Virus record (IMG/VR): IMGVR_UViG_3300044675_005263
Location: 1 to 64,000 of that record
Direction: 5' to 3' (one strand)
DNA length: 64,000 nt
From: a virus
Shown: piece after piece, positions 23,001 to 30,633 of the stretch
How the letters are laid out: every line of letters begins with the position of its first letter
Position numbering within the stretch: position 1 is the stretch's first letter
The notes under the pieces: model-generated
Database searches by the model: none
Told to the model about the DNA's origin: nothing
What the model saw: the letters and a program-made list of their open reading frames with translations, nothing else
Made by a program: the position numbers and the translations under genes

Positions 23001-26000
23001 TTCTCTTTCTTTAAGAGACTTTTCTTTTGGTGATACTTCTTCAGGCTTATCAAAAAACTCTTCGCCAAATCCACTAGGCTCAACACCTAATTTATCCATC
23101 ATATCTCTGACAATTTTTGCTCTGTCATCGATAGTTGTGCGTGACCCATCTTCATTAAAATCTAAAGAATCGAAGAACTCTTGTTCTTCTCTAGTCATAA
23201 TACTGCGTGGGAATCTCTGACCGTTAAGTTCATTTTCTAGAACTGCTCTGAGAAGACTTCTAAGGAATTCAGGCGAGAGGTTTGGTGGACCTGAAGGTGG
23301 GGACGCTGGAGCTGCTTCTGGTAGTGGAGGAGTTTCAATTACTTCATCTTTAGAGTCAAGATCAATTGGTGGTTGTCCTTCTCGTGGGATGAGATCAAGC
23401 CCAAAATTATCTCTTAACTTACGAAGGAAGTCTCTAGCCTTTGCTTCATCCATGCCAGACTTTGTTTCAGCCTTGACTGCGTCATTCCACTCAAAACCAT
23501 TCTCATCTAAAAAGTCTTTTATACGCTGATCTTTAAGTGGGACCTTTTTACCAGAGCGTAGCTCAAGACGGTCTCCGTTAAGAAGATATTTTATCTGAGG
23601 AGCAATCTTTGCTTCTTCTTCTACCTTCTTATCTTTTTCAATCTGCTTATCAAGCTTTGCAATTTCCTTTGCAAGAGTTGCACGAATAGAGTCGATTGCT
23701 TTATTTTCAAAAACATCTGTTTCATCTAATTCTTCCTGTGCAGCCTTGAATTGCTCGTCCGCTGAGTTAAGGATATTTCTTAAGTTTTGATTTGTGCGTG
23801 CACCTTTTCTACCGTGCATGCCACGAATAAAGTCGTCTGGGTTCTCGAGAAGATCCATTGCATAACTAATACGACCTGCTGGGGTTGGCTCAAAGCCTTG
23901 CTCTCCAATATCAATTGCTTCTGCTTCACTACCAGACTCAAAGCCTTCCATCTGCTGATCTTGATAGTCAGACATAAGAGGGCTGTTAAATGTAGGGTCG
24001 TTATAGAGAGCAGCTAGTCTTGTAAAATCTTTATTCTTCTTAAGCATGTCGTGGAAGACAGTTTCTGAAACTTCATCATTCAACCACTCGTCGACTGTAT
24101 AGCCTTCTTTAAGAGGATCTTTGCCAGCCTTAGAGCCGATCTTCTCGTCTATTGGTGCTGGAGTCTTTGATTCAGGAAGTTCTGCTACAGGAGCTTCTTC
24201 CTCATCTTCAGCTGGCTGCTCTGGAAGATCAGCTGGGTCAATAATGTCTTGGGTTTCGTTGTAAGAATTAATAACATCTTCTGCAAGTTGACGAGCTTCT
24301 TTTTTATTTTTTGCAGGGTAGTTTTCTTCAGCGTCTACACCACCATCAGGACTGAATCGAGTTGCATCCGCAGACCAGTTGCCTGACTCATCTTTTCCAT
24401 ATGAGACAACTGTGTTATCACCCAAGTCGTGTTCCATACGACCTGTTTCTTTATTCTTCTTAAACTTTATTGGAGCCTTTTCCTCTACAGGATCGTATGC
24501 ACCATCTAACACTGCTCTGTTGACTTCGTCCATACCGTAGTCACGCAATTTAATTGCATCACGAAGAACTTCACTTGGAATCTGAACAGTCTGTACTTCA
24601 CTATTCTCATCTTCAACACCGAAAGGTGCAGATCCGTTTTCGTCAAAAAGATTCTTAACAGCGCCGTTATATGACTCGATTAGGTCGTCATCTGATAGAT
24701 CCGAGTTAGCAAGTTCAAGAGCTTGCTTACGCTCTTCTGGTGTAAGTTCTCTATCTTGTGGAGGTGTTGAGCCTTCTGGCCAATCAACAGGTCCATCTTT
24801 TGGAAGATATGGTGTGTAGTCACCGTTCTTTTGGAAGTCTGCTTTTTCTTCTTCTGTAAGCCCCTCAAGAAGTGCTGGAAGTTTAGATGGTTCTGCATCT
24901 TCAGTAATCTCTGGAATCTCTGCAACAGGAGTTTCTTCTTCTGCAGGTGCCTCTGTTTCTGGTTCTGGAGCCTTTGTTACTTCGTCAAATACTTCTCCGA
25001 GCTTCTTTGGCTCGCCAATCTTTCCTTCTCTATCTGCTTCACGTTGTGCAGATAGTGCATCCTCATTCTCCGTTGTACCAAGACGCTTATCGTATGCTTG
25101 TGCGAGTGCAAGTTCTGCGTCTCCACCCTTTTCATCAATTGCCTTAAGGATTGCCTCTGCTGGAACTTCTTGCTCTCCACCACGATCTTCTCCTTCTTCA
25201 GGGAACTGAAGACGGCCCAAACCTGTATCCATTGAGTCATCAAGTGCGTCAATGAGTTCATCGCCTTGGAACATGTTTGCAAGAGATGCAGGATCGTCAT
25301 ACTCTGAAACAGAACGATATGGAGCCTTTGGATCTGTTATCTCATATGTATTTTCTGGGACTTTGTATTTAAAATCTGATGGAGCTTTTGCAGTTTCTTG
25401 TTCTGGAAGACGTGCGATTTCTTCTTTCTTAAACTTATCTTGCTGATCTACAAGTGGAGTCTCATCCTCAGGAGTGTTGTCATCCTGTGTAATTCGTGCA
25501 AGAGGTGTGCGACCCTCTTCTTCATCTAGGAATCTCTGATCAGCTGCAATTCTTTGCTGTGCATCGTTCCAGTTCTGTGTATATGCAAAAGGAGTTCCGC
25601 CACGGCGTGAAACTGCATAGATAGGACGTGATGGATCCCAGAACTGCTTTCCTGAATCTGGATCTGTCTCTCCTTGCTTGTCAACTGCAGCATCGTCTAA
25701 GTCCTGCTCTGCTCTGCGCTTGTTTGTTTCTGAGAGATCTGCAAGAGCACGCTTGTTGTCGTCAAACTTAACTACATCGTAAGCTTGGTCTGTGTACTTA
25801 GTTGTTCCCTGCTTGCTACCCTTCTCATCTTTATCAAATGAGCTAGGGCTTTCCATAAATGTAAGGTCTGCTTCGTCAATGATTGGATCGCCCATATCAT
25901 CAGATGTTGAACCAGCTTTAGTAAAGCCATCTTTTCTTGATTCATCACTTGGAAGGAATGTTCCACCTCGTGCTTGACGAATTGGAATTGCAACAATACG

Positions 26001-26747
26001 ACCATCGTTGAGCTCTACGTCTGCAAGAGCAGGGCTGTAGATGTTCTGACCAACTGCACGACCTGTGAGAGCACTTGTGCTTCCATCACGGCGCTTTACC
26101 TTAATACCAAGACCACCAAACATCTCAACCCAACGGCCGATGCGATCACGGAGCTGGAGAGCAACACGAGCACGCTTTGCAGCAGCAGAGTTACCTCCAC
26201 CGTATGCTGCAGTGATTGCTTCTAGTGGGATGTGGCCTTGTGGGAGGTTCTCAAGGCGTGTAATTGCGTAAAGTTTTTCTGGAGAGTTAATTGGTGCGAG
26301 CATTGCAGATGCAAGAAGTGCTCTAGCAGTGTCGTCTGTGATGCGTGGATCATCTGTAACCCACTTAACCTGTGAGCGGATCATTGCAGATGCGGTCATG
26401 GAGTGTGCACGAGTTGATCGTGGGTGTGTAAGAGGTAGAAGATCGGTGTTGAATGCTGTGAGGCCAACTACCTTGTTGTGCTTTGCTAATGCAATGTAGT
26501 TTGAAAGCTCTGTAAGTGCTTGGTGCTTGCGAACTGAGAACGGAAGACCTTCAGATGAGTGAAGTGATCGAGAAACAACACGGAAAGCTGAACGGCGATT
26601 GACTCTACGAGTGTTGGTTGTAAATTCGTTTGCTGATTCGATCATCTGCAACGCTTCGTTGCGGATTAGGCGTGCCTGTTGACGAGTTGAGAAGATAGTA
26701 TCGCTCTGAGAAACAATATGAAGTTTTTTCTGACTCTTCTTAGACAT
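14004..26747 (-). CDS. Giant polyvalent protein: DEDDh exonuclease, SF1 UvrD-like helicase, ArdC-like domain, zincin peptidases
   Basis: YFDFETIG/AHNAEFD/HNAASD (~19430-19985); ALAGTGKT, FDEAQD, VGDGNQSIYGWRG, TAHQSKGAEY, LAYVAVTRA (~15870-17670); VPWRKPW..WLTYKQA..VFNVEQ..HELAH..EELIAE (~14870-15700); HEIAH (~14160). Confidence 0.85.
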   Translation of the reverse strand: MSKKSQKKLHIVSQSDTIFSTRQQARLIRNEALQMIESANEFTTNTRRVNRRSAFRVVSRSLHSSEGLPFSVRKHQALTELSNYIALAKHNKVVGLTAFNTDLLPLTHPRSTRAHSMTASAMIRSQVKWVTDDPRITDDTARALLASAMLAPINSPEKLYAITRLENLPQGHIPLEAITAAYGGGNSAAAKRARVALQLRDRIGRWVEMFGGLGIKVKRRDGSTSALTGRAVGQNIYSPALADVELNDGRIVAIPIRQARGGTFLPSDESRKDGFTKAGSTSDDMGDPIIDEADLTFMESPSSFDKDEKGSKQGTTKYTDQAYDVVKFDDNKRALADLSETNKRRAEQDLDDAAVDKQGETDPDSGKQFWDPSRPIYAVSRRGGTPFAYTQNWNDAQQRIAADQRFLDEEEGRTPLARITQDDNTPEDETPLVDQQDKFKKEEIARLPEQETAKAPSDFKYKVPENTYEITDPKAPYRSVSEYDDPASLANMFQGDELIDALDDSMDTGLGRLQFPEEGEDRGGEQEVPAEAILKAIDEKGGDAELALAQAYDKRLGTTENEDALSAQREADREGKIGEPKKLGEVFDEVTKAPEPETEAPAEEETPVAEIPEITEDAEPSKLPALLEGLTEEEKADFQKNGDYTPYLPKDGPVDWPEGSTPPQDRELTPEERKQALELANSDLSDDDLIESYNGAVKNLFDENGSAPFGVEDENSEVQTVQIPSEVLRDAIKLRDYGMDEVNRAVLDGAYDPVEEKAPIKFKKNKETGRMEHDLGDNTVVSYGKDESGNWSADATRFSPDGGVDAEENYPAKNKKEARQLAEDVINSYNETQDIIDPADLPEQPAEDEEEAPVAELPESKTPAPIDEKIGSKAGKDPLKEGYTVDEWLNDEVSETVFHDMLKKNKDFTRLAALYNDPTFNSPLMSDYQDQQMEGFESGSEAEAIDIGEQGFEPTPAGRISYAMDLLENPDDFIRGMHGRKGARTNQNLRNILNSADEQFKAAQEELDETDVFENKAIDSIRATLAKEIAKLDKQIEKDKKVEEEAKIAPQIKYLLNGDRLELRSGKKVPLKDQRIKDFLDENGFEWNDAVKAETKSGMDEAKARDFLRKLRDNFGLDLIPREGQPPIDLDSKDEVIETPPLPEAAPASPPSGPPNLSPEFLRSLLRAVLENELNGQRFPRSIMTREEQEFFDSLDFNEDGSRTTIDDRAKIVRDMMDKLGVEPSGFGEEFFDKPEEVSPKEKSLKEREDEEFGKFLPLPETLPDGWVEDEERGYNEVYFMQAVENENGDRIVGTYSKDGSAEPYWSVIADFDSPDSFKSFEDALDFYNKNSGKQAEDTAKPETPEDTTPVEDVAQPETPTPSEPSSLNDKILKRDGIQMIKVTGPDGQEIETPVFNLRGRPMVLINVNGVRIPFYISSGKGGKKNVPVGKWYPIFGIGSDGWFNKGFEEEINDYYGSPELRAVAEWLDSNMGDIRKEDMPKVSEITQELRDQLNRDLSPGQYYASGVVYANRELALARINGDKDRVAELEANLDRLVADQAKFEAQLLEEDELLKEKEEEAKVSVEPDNKAIEDRVSEIDAEISRVIKDNPEGTLDQDALGDLFRRKSNLVGDFEESDKKFEKRVADVLKALETEKTNIELAINSTAPAEEIAELQEKLAKAEKLIGDVSKYYKDFKDIKFKVEGAKLNLSEENLDSEEQAIRLDIIEKGRNDLEKLKSDFSVDAVTNREPVSEETVIQEAIDDAMTGEGPKLTLPELIDKLKRKLLDDESVGPFGSRRDMISKLMVQKWGYGLRRMESPYIQRAMSEYRKELKSLSDEELIAMVNNYYDEMDARLAEELAPRVAPPTVLTPEEAAEEYRKRRVKEIKERKKREREDKLLEEDEKAKKKEEPTPTTTATPEVVEEAPTTPEVRDPKVKSKLVEARKISALTSELQPGDVTADDYFTITKIEPGFTKRRDGVSVPSSWITGYYPGSKEQRTKLWADDITFDIYRGATPPAKGDLEELSKPDMKESGAIEPVGVDSKGNNVWDFKNPADKADYEAKLAEYKEELERRKATWQPPEVEKTEPAFTPANTLHVVNAVGKDLKPGDIAFKKDGDELGEFFVIEEVLPGTVMVDRADGKPAEEKVQIRGYYPGHESQVKAWKVGTGIDVLRGEDPANIPAKGDKPGIESIAPGTLKGQAYKDKNAEIAALRKEASKGYTPNLEAVEIPKVSVNRPSDWDKGNRPAFIGSAAELAKLKDGAAIWEALKGKRVVYFDFETIGKGFDSDNPDQPIQVAAAVFENGEKVDEINLFINPGVPLDDYYYSQGKGKNKKPYLDKDGNRALNPERVIDNNGTKVDDAFLATQPGLEEQLRKFAELLGKDAILIAHNAEFDTNTFEKWAQKLGIDYNFSGVIDTLELARTFGNRYNDLEAVAKRYGIEKDPLFWHNAASDSEVLPEILEKLLKDAQPDNPQFSPEDRMSEFNAQRAKWLRDMADWKKQETDLAAAAALKDGLAGKPVPTDAESLTEKPESSFGPDGSTESADEHQFESIFGGTITNSWIEDDENTFIVDEGNAKVQDIRIGDFVPAKDGGYHEVIDLLQDPEDPNGTIVVRKIVASGNLYSTRVTKKNSPGIGWANGETLKGTLRRRNELAGKTPAEIRKLIEKPVAIDPVPTVKPKVSTPKGSKTVTTDELQSVVGEAIKTITSGSKTDASSEEAIKGLPVDDTVKSLVLEDRTDGSMFHLSASGVPLKVGDRVRGVKTGRMGEVKAFIGSYGTRGYKNYVKVKFDDAAKRENISAGALEIINPDDGGGFFKDPTPPSTGEPVNPNTTPKSLEEIYSTLETPEASEVVDREARTKAWKENEEKRMKYALDLNYRKVSPEALKELTEAVNSISVYGKGHRRSFIAFMPNLSTGEPLRREYTFLKPTKDDVKKYGKEEGDILVMSGPNNTDAIIKSDGTIIYNDNPAAPNWMFSVVSPDLYTAVENKDKVTFPLGENPNLEKMGMISLNQEFPEELTGSPDEGPDPEFISALSPLEPKIIKPTKQQQAVIDAVVDGKDVIVQALAGTGKTSTLKMAARAVAEKYPDKTILYIAFGKAVAAELNADPDRPSNMIARTNTQVAWHHAPTWMQQRSFKKDSIGLPSDVADHLGIGPVKVVEIKKDGEKVNATLSSREVVKSVRDAVTAFAQSADEKIMPKHFTDNFVDIPEVFIDYANRWWDDISSPKGKLTMNQSYPEKYVQLNGIDVTMSPDSETTNPDKVIPAADIIFFDEAQDINDVAGDWVRKQPIQKVFVGDGNQSIYGWRGAKDQLDTLEGAEKLQLTESFRFGPNIAAVANRFLAVAGKPEKVIGLSKNEGKIVEDLADMPDPDAVLVRTNGGAFKAMIEYLDQNKTVGISQSTKTRLEEAIETATWIMNGKKKDSKPSKYNAELGMYDSWEEIGLLIKDGKAREVKSLYDLINQNGIQNLRDILGRVVVEREETAESKAALAKYKPLTLDKVEDGSTGKIDSSVTYKIEGNDIVLTGFFKYNNEKLKEAGFKARKDKDGNWAKDRRLTIEDDLKKVDKLNQLKKILEGVIEPVKADVVITTAHQSKGAEYDSVRIYDDFWGPKDVKGSVDKELPAPEELRLAYVAVTRAKKEIYLGPLTWVYDHTSEEDEQVTPSSSTIEAMSNIETDPTPVTPEEFDNEVQETAKKIDPATQRIADAIIASLENGNVPWRKPWTGAGFLPTSVATGKVYEGSNVISLWAAQQANGWVDNRWLTYKQAEKLGGNIKRGEKATSIIHWAPKFKQVDQPDGTTKDVFIYTPPKIINVFNVEQAEGLDLPPLVTPDPIPVSDAERILLETFKDHPKINYGRQDSAYYMPINDNIYLPLREQFGSEQDLFETLVHELAHSTGHPSRVNRTELLENYGNHKASRGEEELIAEISVAIVAGRLGVEIDFGNITAYAQSWLRALKNDPTMIIKAAKQAQKAVDHMLGKQEEPAKVDEEGNPTEPVGEGVGSEGKTGDQIAEDAGLKPESTPEPNVGEQGRTGEEIAEDDIKPAGVKGGHSLSPREVYSLQVAQSDLDIKKVYAAEEVWTPQQQRPFKPPVAPKRADFSDSDSYKAAFKKYSKDYDDAYREMSRYVESPLGEKHLNGSAKGVKNYVEDIITADWFVEAFGDGGRMGRPPVSLITSKKAGGKYSYGFKDGVFFSTLKINSLLSRNEPSILHEIAHFATAISVAEGMDAHGVEYRMNYIYITDKVLGREAAEGLKESYRKANLNVG

Positions 26748-27891
26748 CGTCTTCTCCCTTTTTAGGCAATAAATCTGAATCTAAACTTTCATAACCTAGT
26801 GTTGCAAAATTAGATGCTCTTTTAAAAGGATTATCGCCACTGCGAACTCCACGAAGCCAAGATGCACGAACTGCATGCTCTGCTTCGTAACCAAATCCTG
26901 AAAACTCTGCTAAGGAAAGAATAGCGTGTTCTGGTGAGTCGTATTCTTCTTCAGGAAGGATCTCTACTGCTAGCTCTTGTTCAAATCTATATTCTTCTGC
27001 GATTTGTTGGAGCTCTTCTAGCGATTGGATGTCTCTTCCGAGTTTTTCTCCTTCGAGAACGCCAACATCAACGACGCCATCTGGGATAACTGCGAAACGA
27101 CACTTACCTTCGTCCTCGACTTCAAATTCGATGATTCTGCACGCCCCATTACCCATGTATAGAACACAGTTAGAGCATTTGACTCCGATACCTCTGACAT
27201 CATTTTCTGCTGGAGGTGTGTATCCTGCCCAGATTCCTGTTGCATCTTCGTTAAACTTTCCATACGTCTCAGCGATCTCAATGAGAGCATTAGCTAGGTC
27301 TGATTCTTCTGGAACTAATCCAGCAGAAGCAGTGATTGAGTTGTCCTTCTTTGTTGAGCGAGGATGCTTTGCTGGGAGCAAGTCATTATCTGACTTGTAA
27401 GCTGAGTTCGCTGGCTTACCAGACTTAAGCAACTTGAGGAACGCATTAACACGAGCCATTGCCCAACCGTTGCGAGTCATTCCGGGGCGATGCGATACCG
27501 AGTATGCACCTGCACCACGGCGATAGACCGCCTTGAGCATTCCTAGAGTTGCACGACGGCCTTCTCTAGCTTTCTCGTTGTGAGTTTCTACTTTATCTTT
27601 AAGAGACTTTTCGACTGCTTTAGAAAAAACTACTTTGCGAGAACCTGATGCAGATCCTTTTTTATTTTTGCTAGAACCTTTAATTTGATCTTTCTTAGGA
27701 GCTGGAGTTTGAGAGATAGTGCGCTTTTTCTTTGCTGCAAACTCTGAATCATCTGAAGCATCAACAGGCACACAGTTGGGGACCATTTTTCCGTTCTTTT
27801 CTTTCATCCCAACTTGCTTGTAGCCTTCCCAACACGGATCTCCCGCTGAAACAAGTGAAGTAACTACATTGTCAATTGGCTGATCAGACAT
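26740..27891 (-). CDS. Multimodule head protein (383 aa; likely start MSDQPID)
   Basis: ATG 27891 overlaps portal end; CWEGY..VPNCVP motif, LKAVYRRGAGAY..WAMARVNAFL..DLLP domain, CSNC..C..C cluster. Confidence 0.7.
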   Translation of the reverse strand: MSDQPIDNVVTSLVSAGDPCWEGYKQVGMKEKNGKMVPNCVPVDASDDSEFAAKKKRTISQTPAPKKDQIKGSSKNKKGSASGSRKVVFSKAVEKSLKDKVETHNEKAREGRRATLGMLKAVYRRGAGAYSVSHRPGMTRNGWAMARVNAFLKLLKSGKPANSAYKSDNDLLPAKHPRSTKKDNSITASAGLVPEESDLANALIEIAETYGKFNEDATGIWAGYTPPAENDVRGIGVKCSNCVLYMGNGACRIIEFEVEDEGKCRFAVIPDGVVDVGVLEGEKLGRDIQSLEELQQIAEEYRFEQELAVEILPEEEYDSPEHAILSLAEFSGFGYEAEHAVRASWLRGVRSGDNPFKRASNFATLGYESLDSDLLPKKGEDDV

Positions 27892-29587
27892 TCTCTGTTG
27901 CCTCAGGTGTTGGCTCTTCTGCTGGAGCTTCTGCAACATTCCCTGCTGCTTCTGCACCTGCAGATGCTTGTTGTAATGCTTGCTCAACCTCTGGAGGTAG
28001 TGGGGCAACGGAAGCTTCTTGCTGTGCGGTGCGAATTGCAGCCATAACATCTGGTGCAACTGCTCCAAGCATTGCTTCTGTAAGTTCTGGGGTTAGCGTT
28101 CCTCGCTCTGAGAGCATACGGATTGCCATCTCTGTTGGAGTTGGTGCATCTTGGTCTGAGAAGCCATGAGCACGACGCCATGTGTCGTAAGAAACTGCTC
28201 CACGATCAAAGCCTGAGTCAGCATCTGCTGCACGGTCATTGCGAGTTGCAATTGCTGATGGGTCATACCAAACAACAAGGCGATTTACTTCTGTATCTGT
28301 AAAACCGCTTGCGATAAGGTATGGACGAAGATAAACAACTGTGAGTGCATCTGCAATCAACAACATCAATGGTTCGATGTGTGACTTGTAAAGAGTTTCA
28401 TCGATCTGCAATGCGTTTGAATACTTAACGTTAGCTAAGCCAGTAACAACATCCTTTGGAACATCTAGCCCCTGCAAGATGCGCTCTAGTACACGATCAG
28501 CACGTTGTGCGAGTGCTGGGTCAAATGAACGCTCAAACTTAAACTGCTTAATCTTGTCGCCAAGTTCTGCAGGACCACGAATGATTAGCGGAACAACTGC
28601 CGATGCTGACTCTTCATCTCTGATAGGAGTCGTCATCGCATCCATTAATTGTTCTTCGAATTCATCCTCTGCTTCTTCAGCAGTAAACCCTGCGCCGATA
28701 CCATCTTCAGAATCGTAGGGGTAGTCTGGATCCGCTTGCGCCGCAACCGAAAGACCATCTGGAAGATAAAGAGCGCCAGCATTAAGGCGAGAACGAGCAG
28801 TAGCACGGAATGTCCTATTCAATAGAAGAAGTTCAGCACAAAGATCAAGCAATCCACGAAGTGATGAATCTGCTTCATCTGAGTAGCGTGGATGTGAACG
28901 CCAAATGCGTCCTACGAATGCATTCTTTGAAAGTTTTGTAGCGATACCGTTGCTTGTACTCTGTGAACCAGTGCTTTGTTCACGGCGGCCAACAACATTA
29001 AATCCGCCCTTTGGATCTGTTGTTACTTCGTCAACAGAACGAACATCCCAAGACTCGGGAAGACCAGCTCCAGCACGAGCGGGCATCTGTACGAGATAGC
29101 ACTCACCCGCAACCGAAAGATTGAGAGCTGCATCTTTAAGTAATCCTGCTTGTCCGCCATATGCAGAGTTTAGCCTATCTAGAGCACGCTCTGCTGCTTG
29201 TGCAAGACGATCTTCGACTCTATCTGAGTTACGAACTGATACTGGTGCTTCTGCAGGATCATCAACGACCGCTGCATAAATTCTAATTCTTGAAACTACT
29301 GATGCAACAAGATTGAAAGCATATTTAACTTCACCAATTGCGTCGTAGTATTCCCAAGCTTCGGCTTGCCATGCGCTAGATGCTGCTGCACGACGAACTC
29401 TAAACTGTTCGTATTCTCCCTTGTCATTTACTTTTAATTGCGCTGCTGCTGCAGTAAGTGCACGAGGTGTTGAGTAGACAACTGCTTGTGCTTGATTAGA
29501 TGTAAAGATAGTTGATAGTGCTGATGGCGCAGATTTTTTAGGAGCGGGGGTGACTGGTGTGGAATCGTCGTTGGTGAATATACCCAT
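27884..29587 (-). CDS. Portal protein
   Basis: WQAEAWEYYDAIGE, LNLSVAGECYL, RIWRSHPR..ADS, SRLNAG, SAVVPLII motifs of actinophage portals. Confidence 0.85.
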   Translation of the reverse strand: MGIFTNDDSTPVTPAPKKSAPSALSTIFTSNQAQAVVYSTPRALTAAAAQLKVNDKGEYEQFRVRRAAASSAWQAEAWEYYDAIGEVKYAFNLVASVVSRIRIYAAVVDDPAEAPVSVRNSDRVEDRLAQAAERALDRLNSAYGGQAGLLKDAALNLSVAGECYLVQMPARAGAGLPESWDVRSVDEVTTDPKGGFNVVGRREQSTGSQSTSNGIATKLSKNAFVGRIWRSHPRYSDEADSSLRGLLDLCAELLLLNRTFRATARSRLNAGALYLPDGLSVAAQADPDYPYDSEDGIGAGFTAEEAEDEFEEQLMDAMTTPIRDEESASAVVPLIIRGPAELGDKIKQFKFERSFDPALAQRADRVLERILQGLDVPKDVVTGLANVKYSNALQIDETLYKSHIEPLMLLIADALTVVYLRPYLIASGFTDTEVNRLVVWYDPSAIATRNDRAADADSGFDRGAVSYDTWRRAHGFSDQDAPTPTEMAIRMLSERGTLTPELTEAMLGAVAPDVMAAIRTAQQEASVAPLPPEVEQALQQASAGAEAAGNVAEAPAEEPTPEATENV

Positions 29588-29627
29588 GTTTACTCCTCGT
29601 CAATTCTGCTGCGGAACATGAGGGCTG

Positions 29628-29924
29628 TCACTTATCCTCATATGCGGTCAACAATCCTGCAATAGCCGATAACGCTGAAATGGTTATGACTATGTAGGCT
29701 ACTTCAGGAATAATGATAGCGGATAATAGATAACCTGATGCTATCCAAACTGAGGTGCACCATTCGCAGGTAAAGAGATACCCAATAAAAGACTTCTCTG
29801 GGGGAGATTTTTTCCAAATCCAATTACGGATGGGGTTGAAAAGAGTATCCCTAGTAAAGAAGCGAGTTGTGCGATAGGTAGCAAGACCTAGAAGAGCGAT
29901 CTGAAGAGTTGAGAAGTCGCTCAT
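29628..29924 (-). CDS. DUF1360-like membrane protein
   Basis: LATYRTTR..D..F.PIR and LFTCEWCTSVW; likely start MSDFST. Confidence 0.7.
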   Translation of the reverse strand: MSDFSTLQIALLGLATYRTTRFFTRDTLFNPIRNWIWKKSPPEKSFIGYLFTCEWCTSVWIASGYLLSAIIIPEVAYIVITISALSAIAGLLTAYEDK

Positions 29925-30289
29925 TCGGTTGGATCCGATGTCGAGAAGACTGAACTGTTTTGTCCATATGGATTCCAAGTGCGTAGGCGTGATCCACAGC
30001 CGCAGTTCTCATCCTTTGTAAAGGCCACAACCTTGCCTGTGTCAGTTTTAATCGTTGTAGTCTTCCCGTTGACCAACCTAGCTGTGAAACCCTCTCTAAA
30101 GACCAATTTAGGGCCTTCTGGAGAGTCCTGAGCGATAAGGATGTTGTTTCCAAGCAGGACAACACGGATTCTGTCCACTTTTCTTGTTCCCTCTGGGCTT
30201 GGACCGCTTGTGGAGAGGTCAGCAAGTGCTACAGAGTTAGCTGGAGCAATCCAAGCAACGGCTGGAAAGATGTCTGCGATAGAACGCAT
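29921..30289 (-). CDS. Hypothetical protein (CGCGSRLR motif)
   Basis: ORF coupled to neighbours. Confidence 0.65.
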   Translation of the reverse strand: MRSIADIFPAVAWIAPANSVALADLSTSGPSPEGTRKVDRIRVVLLGNNILIAQDSPEGPKLVFREGFTARLVNGKTTTIKTDTGKVVAFTKDENCGCGSRLRTWNPYGQNSSVFSTSDPTE

Positions 30290-30291
30290 AG

Positions 30292-30633
30292 TTAGTCTCC
30301 TAGGTTGGTGTATTCGGTAGGTATGTAGAACTCGTCCCAGCCTAGATAGGATTTAGCTAGAGGCAATGGAACCAGTATAGGGGACTGTCTTGAAGTTTTG
30401 CCTATTAAAGAATCAATATCGTTTGGGTTCTTAGTGACTTTAAAAGTCTTCCAAGCATGGTGGGAAGTTAGATGGGCAATGGGAAATGCCATTGGATATC
30501 TAGAGTTAGGAGAAGTCATAGTCTCAAGGCGTCGAGACTGTGGGCGCTTAGAAATTTTAGGGTTAACCCAAATGACTACGGCTAGATCCTCTTCGCTATA
30601 AACACCAGATGCTGTTTCGTATGTTCTAGCCAT
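30292..30633 (-). CDS. Hypothetical protein
   Basis: ORF in operon. Confidence 0.6.
   Translation of the reverse strand: MARTYETASGVYSEEDLAVVIWVNPKISKRPQSRRLETMTSPNSRYPMAFPIAHLTSHHAWKTFKVTKNPNDIDSLIGKTSRQSPILVPLPLAKSYLGWDEFYIPTEYTNLGD

Noticed and set aside
27892-28068. N-terminal 59 aa of the 442-aa ORF
   Set aside because: Shadow frame of the portal 3' end; ATG 27891 is the plausible start
124-29099. Many 60-160 aa antisense or alternate-frame ORFs inside structural genes
   Set aside because: Fully nested in long genes, with compositions typical of shadow frames
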